Below are positions 47,613-57,952 of a stretch of 64,000 nucleotides of DNA, in pieces. Position 1 is the first letter of the stretch, and the number at the start of each line of letters is the position of its first letter. The position numbers and the translations under genes were made by a program. Location: contig MU004199.1 of assembly GCA_010093605.1 (NCBI GenBank), positions 496,001 through 560,000 on the forward strand, given 5' to 3'. This stretch comes from Lophium mytilinum. Taxonomy: Eukaryota. The notes beneath the pieces are model-generated. The model did no database searches and had not been told where the DNA came from. It worked only from the letters and a program-made list of their open reading frames with translations.

Positions 47613-48718
47613 TTGGCCACAGGCTTAAATTGGACTGATAGAGATTGAACAGTATGATGGCGATTGTAAGAAGTACTAGTAGTAGAATAGTGCTTATCTG
47701 AGACGATGTAGAGAGGCGGAAGGATTCGCCGTGCAGTTCAGACTCGAGAGCTGAGCTAGACTTGTGAAGAGAATTTGCAAGAAAAGAGCAGTCGCTGGGA
47801 AATACTGTCGTGTATCTAACGTTTTTGATCACTCAATAGTGGAACGTATCTCTAGAGCTATTTGGAGAGTGCCGTCGTCATACGGAGCCCTCACAGCCTA
47901 CGCACGAGAACAATATCAGTTACCGGCAAGACGTACCGCTATAACGATTATTGGGCGCACAGCAAAACTCGGTCGTTTGCTAGGCGCTAGATTATAGGTC
48001 CGTTCCATGAAGCAGTGTTGTGCCGCCCCTTGTAGCAGCATTGGCAGCTCTTTCTATGGTTCCTCTGAGTTCTGGTGTTCATGGTGAGATCGTACAACGC
48101 CTTGATAAGAGGCTGCGCCCATTATTTCACCACTCATTGTGACACCTCTAGAGCCTTAGGGCGTTTCATGAAAATTTCGTGTCAACCTCGATGCCACGGA
48201 ACTGGGGTTGCTTTCACTTATCCGTATTTGATCAGCGGTCCAATGGGAGCTAGATCTAGATAGCACTTGGTGTGATATATGGAAATTCTTACCTCCGCCC
48301 AGAACTATTGTCCAATGTGTTTGTTGCAAATTCGATGGAACCTCATGATGGCGAGCTGGCGAGAGGTGAAGAGAGGCTCACGGAGCGGCGGAGTTCTCGG
48401 ATGAGTGCGTTTTCTTTTGGTTCCCGTACGACCCTCGACATACATGATGCCAAGATGCGGGCTAATTCAAGCAACATTTCATTACCCAGGCTCACACGCA
48501 TTGAAGGTACTTCGGATCATCGATACCTTGGTAATCAGCGTACGGGACACAGGGCACATGTCTTGCCGCGGTCTAGCTGCGACATCTGCTCTCAAGCTTT
48601 AACATGATATGGTCTCCGTAAAAACACAAACATTAGATAAAATCATTGACCTCGTCCCTAATTCAACGATGTGTCTCAGAGACTCCGAGATGAACGCCAC
48701 CCATGCCCCCAAAACGTA

Positions 48719-51700
48719 TCAGCAAGTAAACCCGCAATCTATTCCCTGATTCCCATCTTCAAAGTGCCCCACTTTGCACCTCTTCCCGTCCTCCTTATCA
48801 CTAAACCACTCCTGCCCATTGTAATTAAAGCCTATTCCATCGCTGTCCACAGAAAACACTGTGACTGTGAAGCCGACCAGGTCTCCTGGAATTGTGACTG
48901 GCTGGTTGTTCAGGGCAGCCGACTTGCCAAGACTCCCAATTGCTTTCGCATTTTTTCCGTCCCCTTTCGCGCCGCCATCGAATAACGTCACCTCGAGTTC
49001 ATAGTTTGGAGTCGGATTTTCGCCCTTCTCGTTTTTCTGGTATTGTATGACATGTACGCCGCACCAGCCTCCTCGATGTGGAGGAGGGGGAGGCGGTGGA
49101 GGCGGCGTGGACGTGGGATCCGTTACCGATGACGTGGAAACGATATATGTATTCGTGAAAACGACGGTACCCACGAGCGCAGCTGTTGCTCCCGTAGGTA
49201 ATGCGCGTGTGACTGTCGCGGATTGAGGCGGAGTCTCCGCTGGAAGCGGACAATCAAAGTTACAATCGCCTATTCGCGTCTTTCCATCCCAGGGATGGAA
49301 GTCGCATTTGTGCGCTTGGTCAACACTGGTCCACCACTGGTCAGAGTACCAGAACTCGACGATGGCGTCAGAGTCGGCTTCCCCGGGTCCGTCAGCTGTG
49401 ACGATGAGTTGGTAGGGGAGGACGCTGTTAACGACGATTAGAGGAGCCTCTGCGCTTTCTTTGGCAGCTTCTCCGATGAGGTTGTCGACTGCGTCGAAGA
49501 TTGTGATTTCTAGTTGGTAATTGTCCAGCAGATTCGTCTCACCGTTGTCTGCCGCATATCTGTACATCTGTCAGTATAGCGTCCATTGTTTTTAAGGTTA
49601 GTTGTCCTCACTGTTTAACGTGTACTTTACATTCGCCGTGGGCAAAAGGGCCAGGGATTGAGTCTGATGGCCCTGGGACAGGAGCTCCTTTCGGTTTAAT
49701 TCCGCATGGAGGCTCTGATTGGTCATGATCTGATGATATTGTATGAACGGCCTCATTGTAGTCGAAGCAAATTGTGAAGTTGAAGAAACCTGTTGATGGA
49801 TACATCAGTTGCTATTGGAAGGATTACTCATGCCTCGACAGTATTTACCTGGTGAATCAAAGCCACCGATGAATGGAAAGTTGGTATTATCAGGATTAGT
49901 GATGCTCAAATCAGGGTTCGATTGCAAAGGAGAACTGGTATCGACCGACTGGGATGAGAAGTTAGTAGAGCCTTAACAGTTTGATGTTCAGAAATGACTC
50001 ACATATCCATTTTGGTAATCATTCAACTTAAAGCCAGCCCAACTAGAAGTAATAATACTCCTAAAGTGATGTTAGTGTGGCCAATCGCAATTGATGGGCC
50101 TGCGTTGCTTACCGAATCGTGACGCCCCCAAATGCCACGCCGTCGAGATTCTCTTCGTCGGCTCCAGCCAAGTCTTCGAAGTAATAGCCAAGACATGGCA
50201 CTTTTGGGATGCCCTCGCAGCCTTTGTAATGAGCATTAAGCAAATACCATGAGTTACCACTACAGGAGCTATTAGTTTGTCGTCTGTGGATAGGACAAGG
50301 AGCTGCTTACTCGTTGTCGCACCAAAGCGATTTTTTAGCTGCCTCCGGAGACATGAACATGCCTATGCTGCTATGAGGATCGAATGTAGTGTTGCATTCA
50401 TGTTCATCCTTAGATATATGCCTGTAAAGTGTTAGATTGACACTACTTTTGAGGGTGTTACTTACAGAATAAATGGACGTTGCTTTGGCGATGCTAAAGC
50501 CCATGACATCGGTATCATTTTACCCCAAAGTATGCTCTCCACACTGTGCTCTGTAGTATCGCTAATATTTGCGACGTTTTTGTGCATTTCAAGAATTTTG
50601 GCGGTTGCTAAGAAGTCAGATAACCATTTCTGGGTATCATCGCCAGTTGCACCCATAACGGTCTTCAGGGTCGTCTTCAATGAATCCTTCGCAGTGGTGT
50701 AGAACTCTCCTAGAGCGGTTTGTAGCATGGCACCCATCTCCTCGGACGTTGTGGGACTTGGTCAATATTTAGTTTATGCTATCTGCGATATGTTGAATAG
50801 AGAACTCACGGTGGGAGGGCTTCAAGCGCCGCAGCAGCGAACCCAATGCCGGCCTCGGCCGTCGACTTCAACGTTTCCATAGTTTTCTCGGTTGTTGCTG
50901 ATATTGTAAGCTTCATCTTCGTATGGGGGTGTAATTAAGGTCGAGTCTTACTTCCGAGGAATCGTAATGCGTTAAAAGCTAGAGTAAAGATTAGCTCGAA
51001 ATGACGACCGCAAATGCCATGAGTAACGGGGTTCACCGACCACTACTGAGTGAGCCTGCCGAGACCAGGCCTAAAGCAGTTTCTAGAAAACCAAACACTA
51101 TGCTAGCCGTCTCATCGGACTTAGAGTCTGCAGACGGTGCGAACTTCTCCGCCAATCCCAGTGTTTCACCCGACATGGCCTGTTGCGCAGAATCCATTGA
51201 AGAACTGATTTCATAAAAGAACTAAGACTACTTTAGCATAGTTGAGTGAAATGATGTGTATACTTACTGTATTGAGAAATACCAATGAGTTTAGTATCAA
51301 ATATCCAGCTTGCGGTAAAGGCATCGGTTCGTCTGAGCATTTTATCACGTTTCTGCATACAGAGTTATCAAATGTGTCACACCCTAGGCCATTCGCATCT
51401 TGATGGAACATATCCCAAGCAAATTCAGCAAAGGTAACGTTTGTCATTTCATCGGGACGCCCTGGAAGATTCCAGGCATCAAGGAGCTGATTCCATGCAT
51501 CTATCATTACGGTTGTGTTAGCTCTAGGCCCACAAAGTGGAACAGTACATACATACCAGTAGCATAGGCAGCATCCCATAATGCTTGTACATCGTCATCT
51601 TGAGGACTCAGAGTTTGGCACGGGATGGAGGTCCATTCCCCTGTAGCAGTGAACTTGGGCTGAGAGTCACGGTTGAAAAGAGGAGCAGCATCTCTAGTCA

Positions 51701-51974
51701 TCAGCTCGGGGCTAGGAGTAGCTCTCGGCGGGTATACATTGTTATAAGTCGCGGGGCTGAAATAAGGGGCAGCCTCCCTGGCTAACAGCGTGTTGGATGC
51801 TGGCGGGTATACATTGTTGTAAGTCGCGGGGCTGAAGTAAGGAGCAGCCTCCCTAGCCAACAGCGTGTTGGATGCTGGGGGAACTACGTTGTTGTAAGTT
51901 GTCGGTTGGAAAACAGGTGCAGCAAGAACGAAAGATAGTGGGCAAGAAGCGATTACAAGGCGTGCCAGACGCAT
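48719..51974 (-). CDS. Multi-exon (~10 or more) secreted protein: N-terminal 25-aa repeats, Cys-rich domain, hydrophobic helical core and two tandem C-terminal Cys/beta domains
   Basis: Signal peptide; introns e.g. 51501-51556 and ~51222-51267 join the ORF fragments; C-terminal repeats GECKVHVKQY..DCNFDC and GWCGVHVIQY..DCGFTC; internal exon boundaries only partly resolved. Confidence 0.72.
51727..51901 (-). repeat. 75-bp coding tandem repeat (EAAPYFSPATYNNVYPPASNTLLAR), about 2.3 copies
   Basis: gcagcctccct at 51769 and 51844, period 75. Confidence 0.9.
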
Positions 51975-53282
51975 AATGGCAACTTATGATAACAAAGATT
52001 GAAGATCTAGGAAGAATCTTGGTAGGAAAGTAAGGGAATAACGAGTGATCCCTCACTTCTGAGCCCGAAAAGATAACTGCAAATGAAAGCTAGCGAGAAG
52101 GTTGAATAATCAAAAGTAAAGATGGAGGGTAAGAAGGCATAATTCCGGAGTACTCTGATATGTACACGCGAAAGACCTCGCCGCAATTGCCTGTGAGTGC
52201 TGGGCAAGTCTATTACAAGCCTTGGAAAGAGTACACTTGTCGCGCGACAAAATATGGCGTCCAATTGAGGTACGTGAACTCAATCATTCAGCCGTTTTGG
52301 GCACAAGGCGTACAGAAAGAAGAGTACCATCCGACAAAGACCAGGTCGGCGCATAAATTGAACGCAGGAGCTCAAACAAGGTCCCGAGCGTTTCTTACGG
52401 CACAGCAAGGCTGAAGTACCAACAACTTACCTTGTATACACATCCATATTACGAGACTAGGGCATCATACCTGGGATGCTTCGGAGAGCACCGAACTCTG
52501 ATACGAGTGGCCCTTTCGCTCTACGATACGAGTGAAAGAGAATCTCGAGCATGTCCAAACGTAAACATTCTGCTTTGGATCAGGTGACTGCATTGAATGT
52601 AGCCTATCGTAGAACCAATTTTTCGTGTTATTTATCGCCATAATATTCTATCGCTTCTCCATAAGGCTGGCCTCAGCTCGGTTGACGAGCAAGAGCTCTT
52701 CGTGGTAGCACGGATGCTTGTTGTCGCTCGGTGTGTGTGACTATTGCGTATTGACTGCTACGAGGTCGAGGACCTACCGCAGCCACGGTGTCGAGGCTCT
52801 GACGTTTCTGGAACGTGCCGAGCAAATCCTCCGTGACGGTCTGCTCACCTTGGACTACTATGGGCGCTAATTGTAAAATTTGCGCTTGGAATGGAGGGAT
52901 CGTATGTTGATTTCGTCGTTGTTGGGCTGAGAAGCTTCTATGCGGCGAGGTCAAGAGGAGGGATCTCGGCGCTTCCAGCGGAGCCAAGCTCGTGCCAAGC
53001 TGTGCCAAGCTATTCCGCTATTCTTGTCACCGAAGCTTTGACGCCCGCGACAGGAGGCGGCGAAGCGCAGAGGTTTCAACACCAGCTCGCGCGCTTAGAA
53101 ACTGTTCTGGATTGGCACCACCGACTCCCTTGCGTGTTTTGCGCGCGTAGGACTGATACCGACAGGATGGACAGTATTTATTTTCCATGTGCCTAGGCGT
53201 CCTCGTGGCGGCACCATGTACATAGGTATGGCCGGGTCATAGCCTGTTCGGCCCTCTTCAACCTCTCTCAAGTCCACTGAAT

Positions 53283-54407
53283 ATGCTTTCTAACCCTTCA
53301 ATCGCTTTTATCTTCCTTTCTATTGCTTGCGCAAAGCATGCACACGCTGTTGTAGCTTCAACATCTTTGTCAAAAATTGCGACCCCAACTACCCGAAGCC
53401 TTGTACCCACCGTCACAGATGAAGGCTTCTGGTTTCCGCTGGTCGGTCTCTCAGACGACATCTCCAAACCATGGGGCGCAAACATTTCCACCCTTCATGC
53501 TGGCTCATACGACCTGAAATTCACTCCCTACGCGATAGAGGTCAATGACGGCAATCCTATCTCTTCCGCAGCGGCCTCGGCAACCGACTCTGCAGTCATT
53601 TTTGAAATGCAGCATTCGAACGGCGGATCATCCAATGCTGATCAGATCCTTGTCGTTGCTCCAACAGACGACCAAACGGTTCTGCTTGGTCCGAACTCTC
53701 ATCTCAACGTCACTTCGCCAGACAAAGACAACCTAGCCAGCTCAACCGTGCCTTTCGGCTTGAACCTTGGAAGGAACAGCACCTGGAACGGCTCCATCAC
53801 TCTAAACGGCTACTACGACGCCGCACGCATCAACTCTACATCCTGGATCTCCGTCGACCCCTACACCCGCATCAACGGTAATACCACCATCCTCTCGTCT
53901 GGAATGCAGATCGTGGAGATCTTCCTCCGCGGCCGAAACCCCAGCATCAGTTCTCGAGCGCGCAACGCCACTTTCGACTTCAACAGCGACGCGATTGTGC
54001 TTCCGAACGGATTCGACTGTGGCGATAACATCGCCGTTAATATCATCTCGGACACGAACGATGCGCTGGTCAACTATGATATTGCCGTGCCGGGCTATTT
54101 GATGGATGCTGAGGGCCGATGTCGAACTCATAAGCATAGTGATGATGATCTTGCTGATATCACACTGGGTCGGCCGTTCTTCCAAGCTGCTTATGCGTAC
54201 GTCAACGAGACTGGAGCGTTATTCCTCGCACAGGCGAATGACTACGACCTGCCAATCGATGCGAAACAGTTCGACGCCTCGGCGGCGCTGGCTCCTCCTG
54301 CGTCCCCTCCCCCAGCGAAGCATTCCTCGGCGTCAGGATCTTATCCGCTGGCCGGAACGTCAGCGCTTTTCTTCATTCTGCTTCTATTCTTAGCTTCCAA
54401 CCTGTAA
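53283..54407 (+). CDS. Secreted, probably GPI-anchored aspartic-protease-like protein with degenerate catalytic motifs
   Basis: Signal peptide; GSITLNGYYDAAR; ATFDFNSDAIVLP; ITLGRPFFQAAY; hydrophobic C-terminal tail. Confidence 0.7.
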   Translation: MLSNPSIAFIFLSIACAKHAHAVVASTSLSKIATPTTRSLVPTVTDEGFWFPLVGLSDDISKPWGANISTLHAGSYDLKFTPYAIEVNDGNPISSAAASATDSAVIFEMQHSNGGSSNADQILVVAPTDDQTVLLGPNSHLNVTSPDKDNLASSTVPFGLNLGRNSTWNGSITLNGYYDAARINSTSWISVDPYTRINGNTTILSSGMQIVEIFLRGRNPSISSRARNATFDFNSDAIVLPNGFDCGDNIAVNIISDTNDALVNYDIAVPGYLMDAEGRCRTHKHSDDDLADITLGRPFFQAAYAYVNETGALFLAQANDYDLPIDAKQFDASAALAPPASPPPAKHSSASGSYPLAGTSALFFILLLFLASNL

Positions 54408-54699
54408 CCCTATTATCTAAATCGAACCGACGCCAACAGGGCCAGCTGAACTTAGGTATGCGCTGTGTTGGTAGCCGGATGGAACACATTTGTAGCGACG
54501 GCGCTCGAGGCGTTAATTGAAGCTTTTCTTGTACCTTATAGAATTGTCATCTTTCTATGCTCCGGAATATAGTGCCTTATTTCTAAGACCTTACTACTAC
54601 GCTAAATCAGCATCTTGTCTCATCATTAGACCGTCTTTAAGCGCATGACAACTTTCTAATATAAGCTGTCAATACTTCCAAATTTTACCGCAAGTTTTA

Positions 54700-54914
54700 C
54701 CGTATGCTCTCGAAACAGTGAGACGCCACTCTTGGCACGCTATCTCAAGCATAAATTTTCAGCGTATCAAGTCAACGCCAGCGACTTGAATTGTGGGCCA
54801 CCCGCCCCTGAGCCAGTCTGACATCTCCGCTAGGATCCACTCTCCAACGCTCTTGAGTTTAGGGGATCGACTAGCGTGCCAAGAGAGGCGTCTCACTGTT
54901 TCGAGAGCATACGG
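54700..54914. mobile_element. MITE family C (215 bp), 43-bp near-perfect TIRs starting CCGTA, TA TSD; Tc1/mariner (Tc2/pogo-type ends)
   Basis: TA|ccgtatgctctcgaaacagtgagacgccactcttggcacgcta ... tagcgtgccaagagaggcgtctcactgtttcgagagcatacgg|TA; 1 mismatch. Confidence 0.9.
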
Positions 54915-55244
54915 TATATCGTGCTAAAGCACAGCAGACGTGGATGAGTGTCGCTTAAAATAGCCGTCTTCGCAGTTTCATGATTTGTTTTATTACCTAG
55001 GTAAAGTTGAACTTAGTGTGGGCGGCAACCTGTCACCATGTCATGAAATCGAGCCCCATACATTCTGTCCGTTTGCCGCTGATACTGCGACTGCGCTGCA
55101 TTATATTGCTGTACCTGCATTTCCCGAAACTCATACTTCTTTTGCAAAGCAGCAAGCTCCTCCTCTCACCTTGCAGTTAATGCTTTGGTTCGCGATTAGA
55201 CTACTGAACCCACAACCACAGCTGTAAACCACGACAACGGCACG

Positions 55245-56686
55245 ATGTCCCCAATTACAGATCTCCCGTGTGAGTTGGTAGCTTCCATCCTGCGGAATCT
55301 CGACAATTTCAGCTCCCTCCTGCCATCCCTTCTTGCCTGCCGCCACTTCTACTCGTCGTTCACGGAGAATCCAAGGATTCAAAGCGAGGTCTTGCAGCGA
55401 CAAGTCACACCAGCTCTACTGCCCTATTCAATCGCCTTGATGGAAGCATCGCGTCTGCCACGTCCGCGAACCGCCGCCTCAATCCACACACTACTCGACA
55501 CTCTTTACAAAGATCCAGCCCAACTCATAGCTCGGTTGCAAACGATGCCACTTCCCATGGTGCTGAGAATGGGATGCACGCATAATGTGATCCACGACCT
55601 CGCAGCTGAGTTTGCGACCGACGCTTGGGGCCTTCTGCTGCAGGGAGACTCGCGAGTGTCCGGCGACCTGAGCCTTTCATCCAAGGAGGAATTTCGGTTT
55701 CATCGAGCCTTCTACCGCGTCGAACTGTTTTTCCAACTTTTCCGCGACTATCAGGGAGGAGAGGCTGGCCTTTTGGAGGCGCGCGAGTTTCAGCAGTTTC
55801 TTTCCAGACACCCACCGTGGGAAAACGAGCAGCTCGGCTGCGTCCATGACTTCCTCGAGAAAAGGCTTTCTGAAGGTTGGTCGAGCCCTCACGAATGGCC
55901 AGCATTTTGGTGCCCCATTTGGTTTGGTTTCTAATACTCTTATGCAGCGTCCTTGGATGTCGTCGCCCATGACATTGAATTTGGTGAATACGAAATCGAC
56001 TATCTCGAGTTTGGCGGTGAGAATTATTGGAAGCAGCTTTGGGTAGGTTTCATTCGACTGTTTAGCAACAGGAGGAGCTGCTTCAACAAGTCGGCATATC
56101 GCTAATACATAGACTCTAGATGTCGCAGGGAGTCCACTTCATTTATCAACTGCTAAATGAAGACTCTTACGAAGCCAAAAAAGCTTTATTGAAGTCTGCA
56201 TTTAGCAGTAAGCCCATCTACCTCCACGATGCTCTTAGCAGTCCGGCTGGTGACACCGATTACGATCACGTTATACTGGAAGACTATGACCATGTACAAA
56301 TAGAGGCTTTGGCTCCACGCCGCGATGATCAGGACACCGACAAGGGACCATTTTCAGCCTGGTTTAGCGACTACCGATCCTTGCCTCGTGACGCATGGGT
56401 CATGTTTTCCGACAAAGCTGGGCTGCGAGAACGTGCTTACGTGCTGTGGGACTCGGATCGCATAAAGCGTTTCAACTTGATGAACGTGTTCTCAAGCGTA
56501 CCAGAAGATCCGAGCTATCTTTGTACTGACGAAGACATTGTTGACGACATGCGGACCTCATTCGACGAGCGGTCGAAGATATGGCAGAAGGGCGGCTCGG
56601 GTTATTGGAGCAAAAATGATACTTCTAAAGTAGAATGGCCGAGCAAACCCATATTGAAAACAGTCAGCCCTGTCATTGAGGAATAA
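55245..56686 (+). CDS. F-box-like fungal protein, 3 exons
   Basis: DLPCELVASILRNL N-terminus; RFHRAFYRVELF, PPWENEQLGCVHDFL, LRERAYVLWD; introns ~55876-55948 and 56043-56119. Confidence 0.8.
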
Positions 56687-56960
56687 GCCAAGATAGATAG
56701 CAGCAACATGTATGAAGTTTCTGGTTGGTCTTCTGGAGCTTGATCTGTTTTGTTTCATCGATACTTCTTTCCAATGCAATAATGTTCCCCCTGATCCTAC
56801 CAAAGTGCTCTCAAAAACATCGTGTTCGGCGAACAACCGTCGAAAGTTTCGTAGTAGTGATAATAAGGGGAGCATGTGATCCTGGCTGAATGAATCACTG
56901 CCTCTACCTCAATACAAGCCTGGGCCACGTCTTCACACTCCTCAATTGACATCGTCTCCC

Positions 56961-57176
56961 TTAACCACCCCCTCCGCCATCTCCTCCCCCACCCCCTCCA
57001 TCTCCGCCCCCTCCCCCATCGCCTCCTCCGCCCCCTCCAGAATCCCCACCCCAACCTCCACCTCCATCCCCTCCTCAGTGATAGCCTCCTCCGCAACCGC
57101 CGCCGTTGTACCGATTCGATCTACGCAGTCGAGCCGGCTACGGGCCCTAGCTAGGTTTGGAGGTAAAGCAGCCCAT
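56961..57176 (-). pseudogene. Small Gly-rich protein with MGC lipidation motif, interrupted by 3 in-frame stops
   Basis: One frame reads MGCFTSKPS*GP*PARLRRSNRYNGGGCGGGYH*GGDGGGGWGGDSGGGGGG...GG*; TATAAA at ~57354-57359 on the minus strand. Confidence 0.55.
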
Positions 57177-57952
57177 CGGAGCACTGGAACGCGAATACTA
57201 ACGACGGGAAAAGAATGATATTGAAAAATGAAGAAGTTTCGAGATGTCAGGATACGTATGTGTGACTTTTCTTGAGGATGCGTTGATTGATATGGTTGCA
57301 GTAAAGATTCTAGGTTGGTTGATAGAAATATCGACATGGAAATGGAAAGTACTTTTATACATTAAGCCTCTATTGCGTTTCGATGGCAGTACGAGTAAGG
57401 CTTGACCGAGTTGGATGCGCGGTCAAGTGATGTGGTGGCTGTCTAACTCAGCGCGGCTGTGCAAGGCAGACCGAGATGGTTACGTTCGAGCCTCAGGTGC
57501 AGCGCTACGAGGGTCTATCTCACACAGGTAATGTGTGCCTAGTTTACGCGATTGCGGCTTTTATCTGACGTCGTCTTCATAACTCACGCCCCGTTATACA
57601 CCATACTATGCTCTTAGTATCACACCGCCTCAGGATCGATGTATGCGTCTCATGTTGTACGTACACTCTATCTAGAGAAGAACAGCGAGATCTTGAAATC
57701 TCATCATGTCGATATCGAGTGGGTGTTTCTTATTTCTCGTGTATTTTAAATATTCCCAACCGTGCCTTCGATTTCGATGAGAGCTTTCGCTATGGTCTAA
57801 GGTAGGTTGTAGAAGCAGTACTCACGAAAACGCCAATGCAGTAGAAAAGATGACTCCCTTATCCCAATAACGCCAGCTACGCATCACGCGGAGGTAACAA
57901 CCGGGTATCAAGCTCTGTTCGTCAACCCAAGCAATCCCAAAACACGCATCCC

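Noticed and set aside
51727..51901. CRISPR-like or dikaritin-precursor interpretation of the 75-bp repeats
   Set aside because: The repeats are contiguous and coding, with no spacers; there are no KR sites and no DUF3328 neighbour.
56942..57337. 131-aa Glu/Gly/Met-rich ORF from the track
   Set aside because: Probably an off-frame reading of the Gly-rich repeat; the alternative frame gives a coherent MGC-start Gly-rich sequence.
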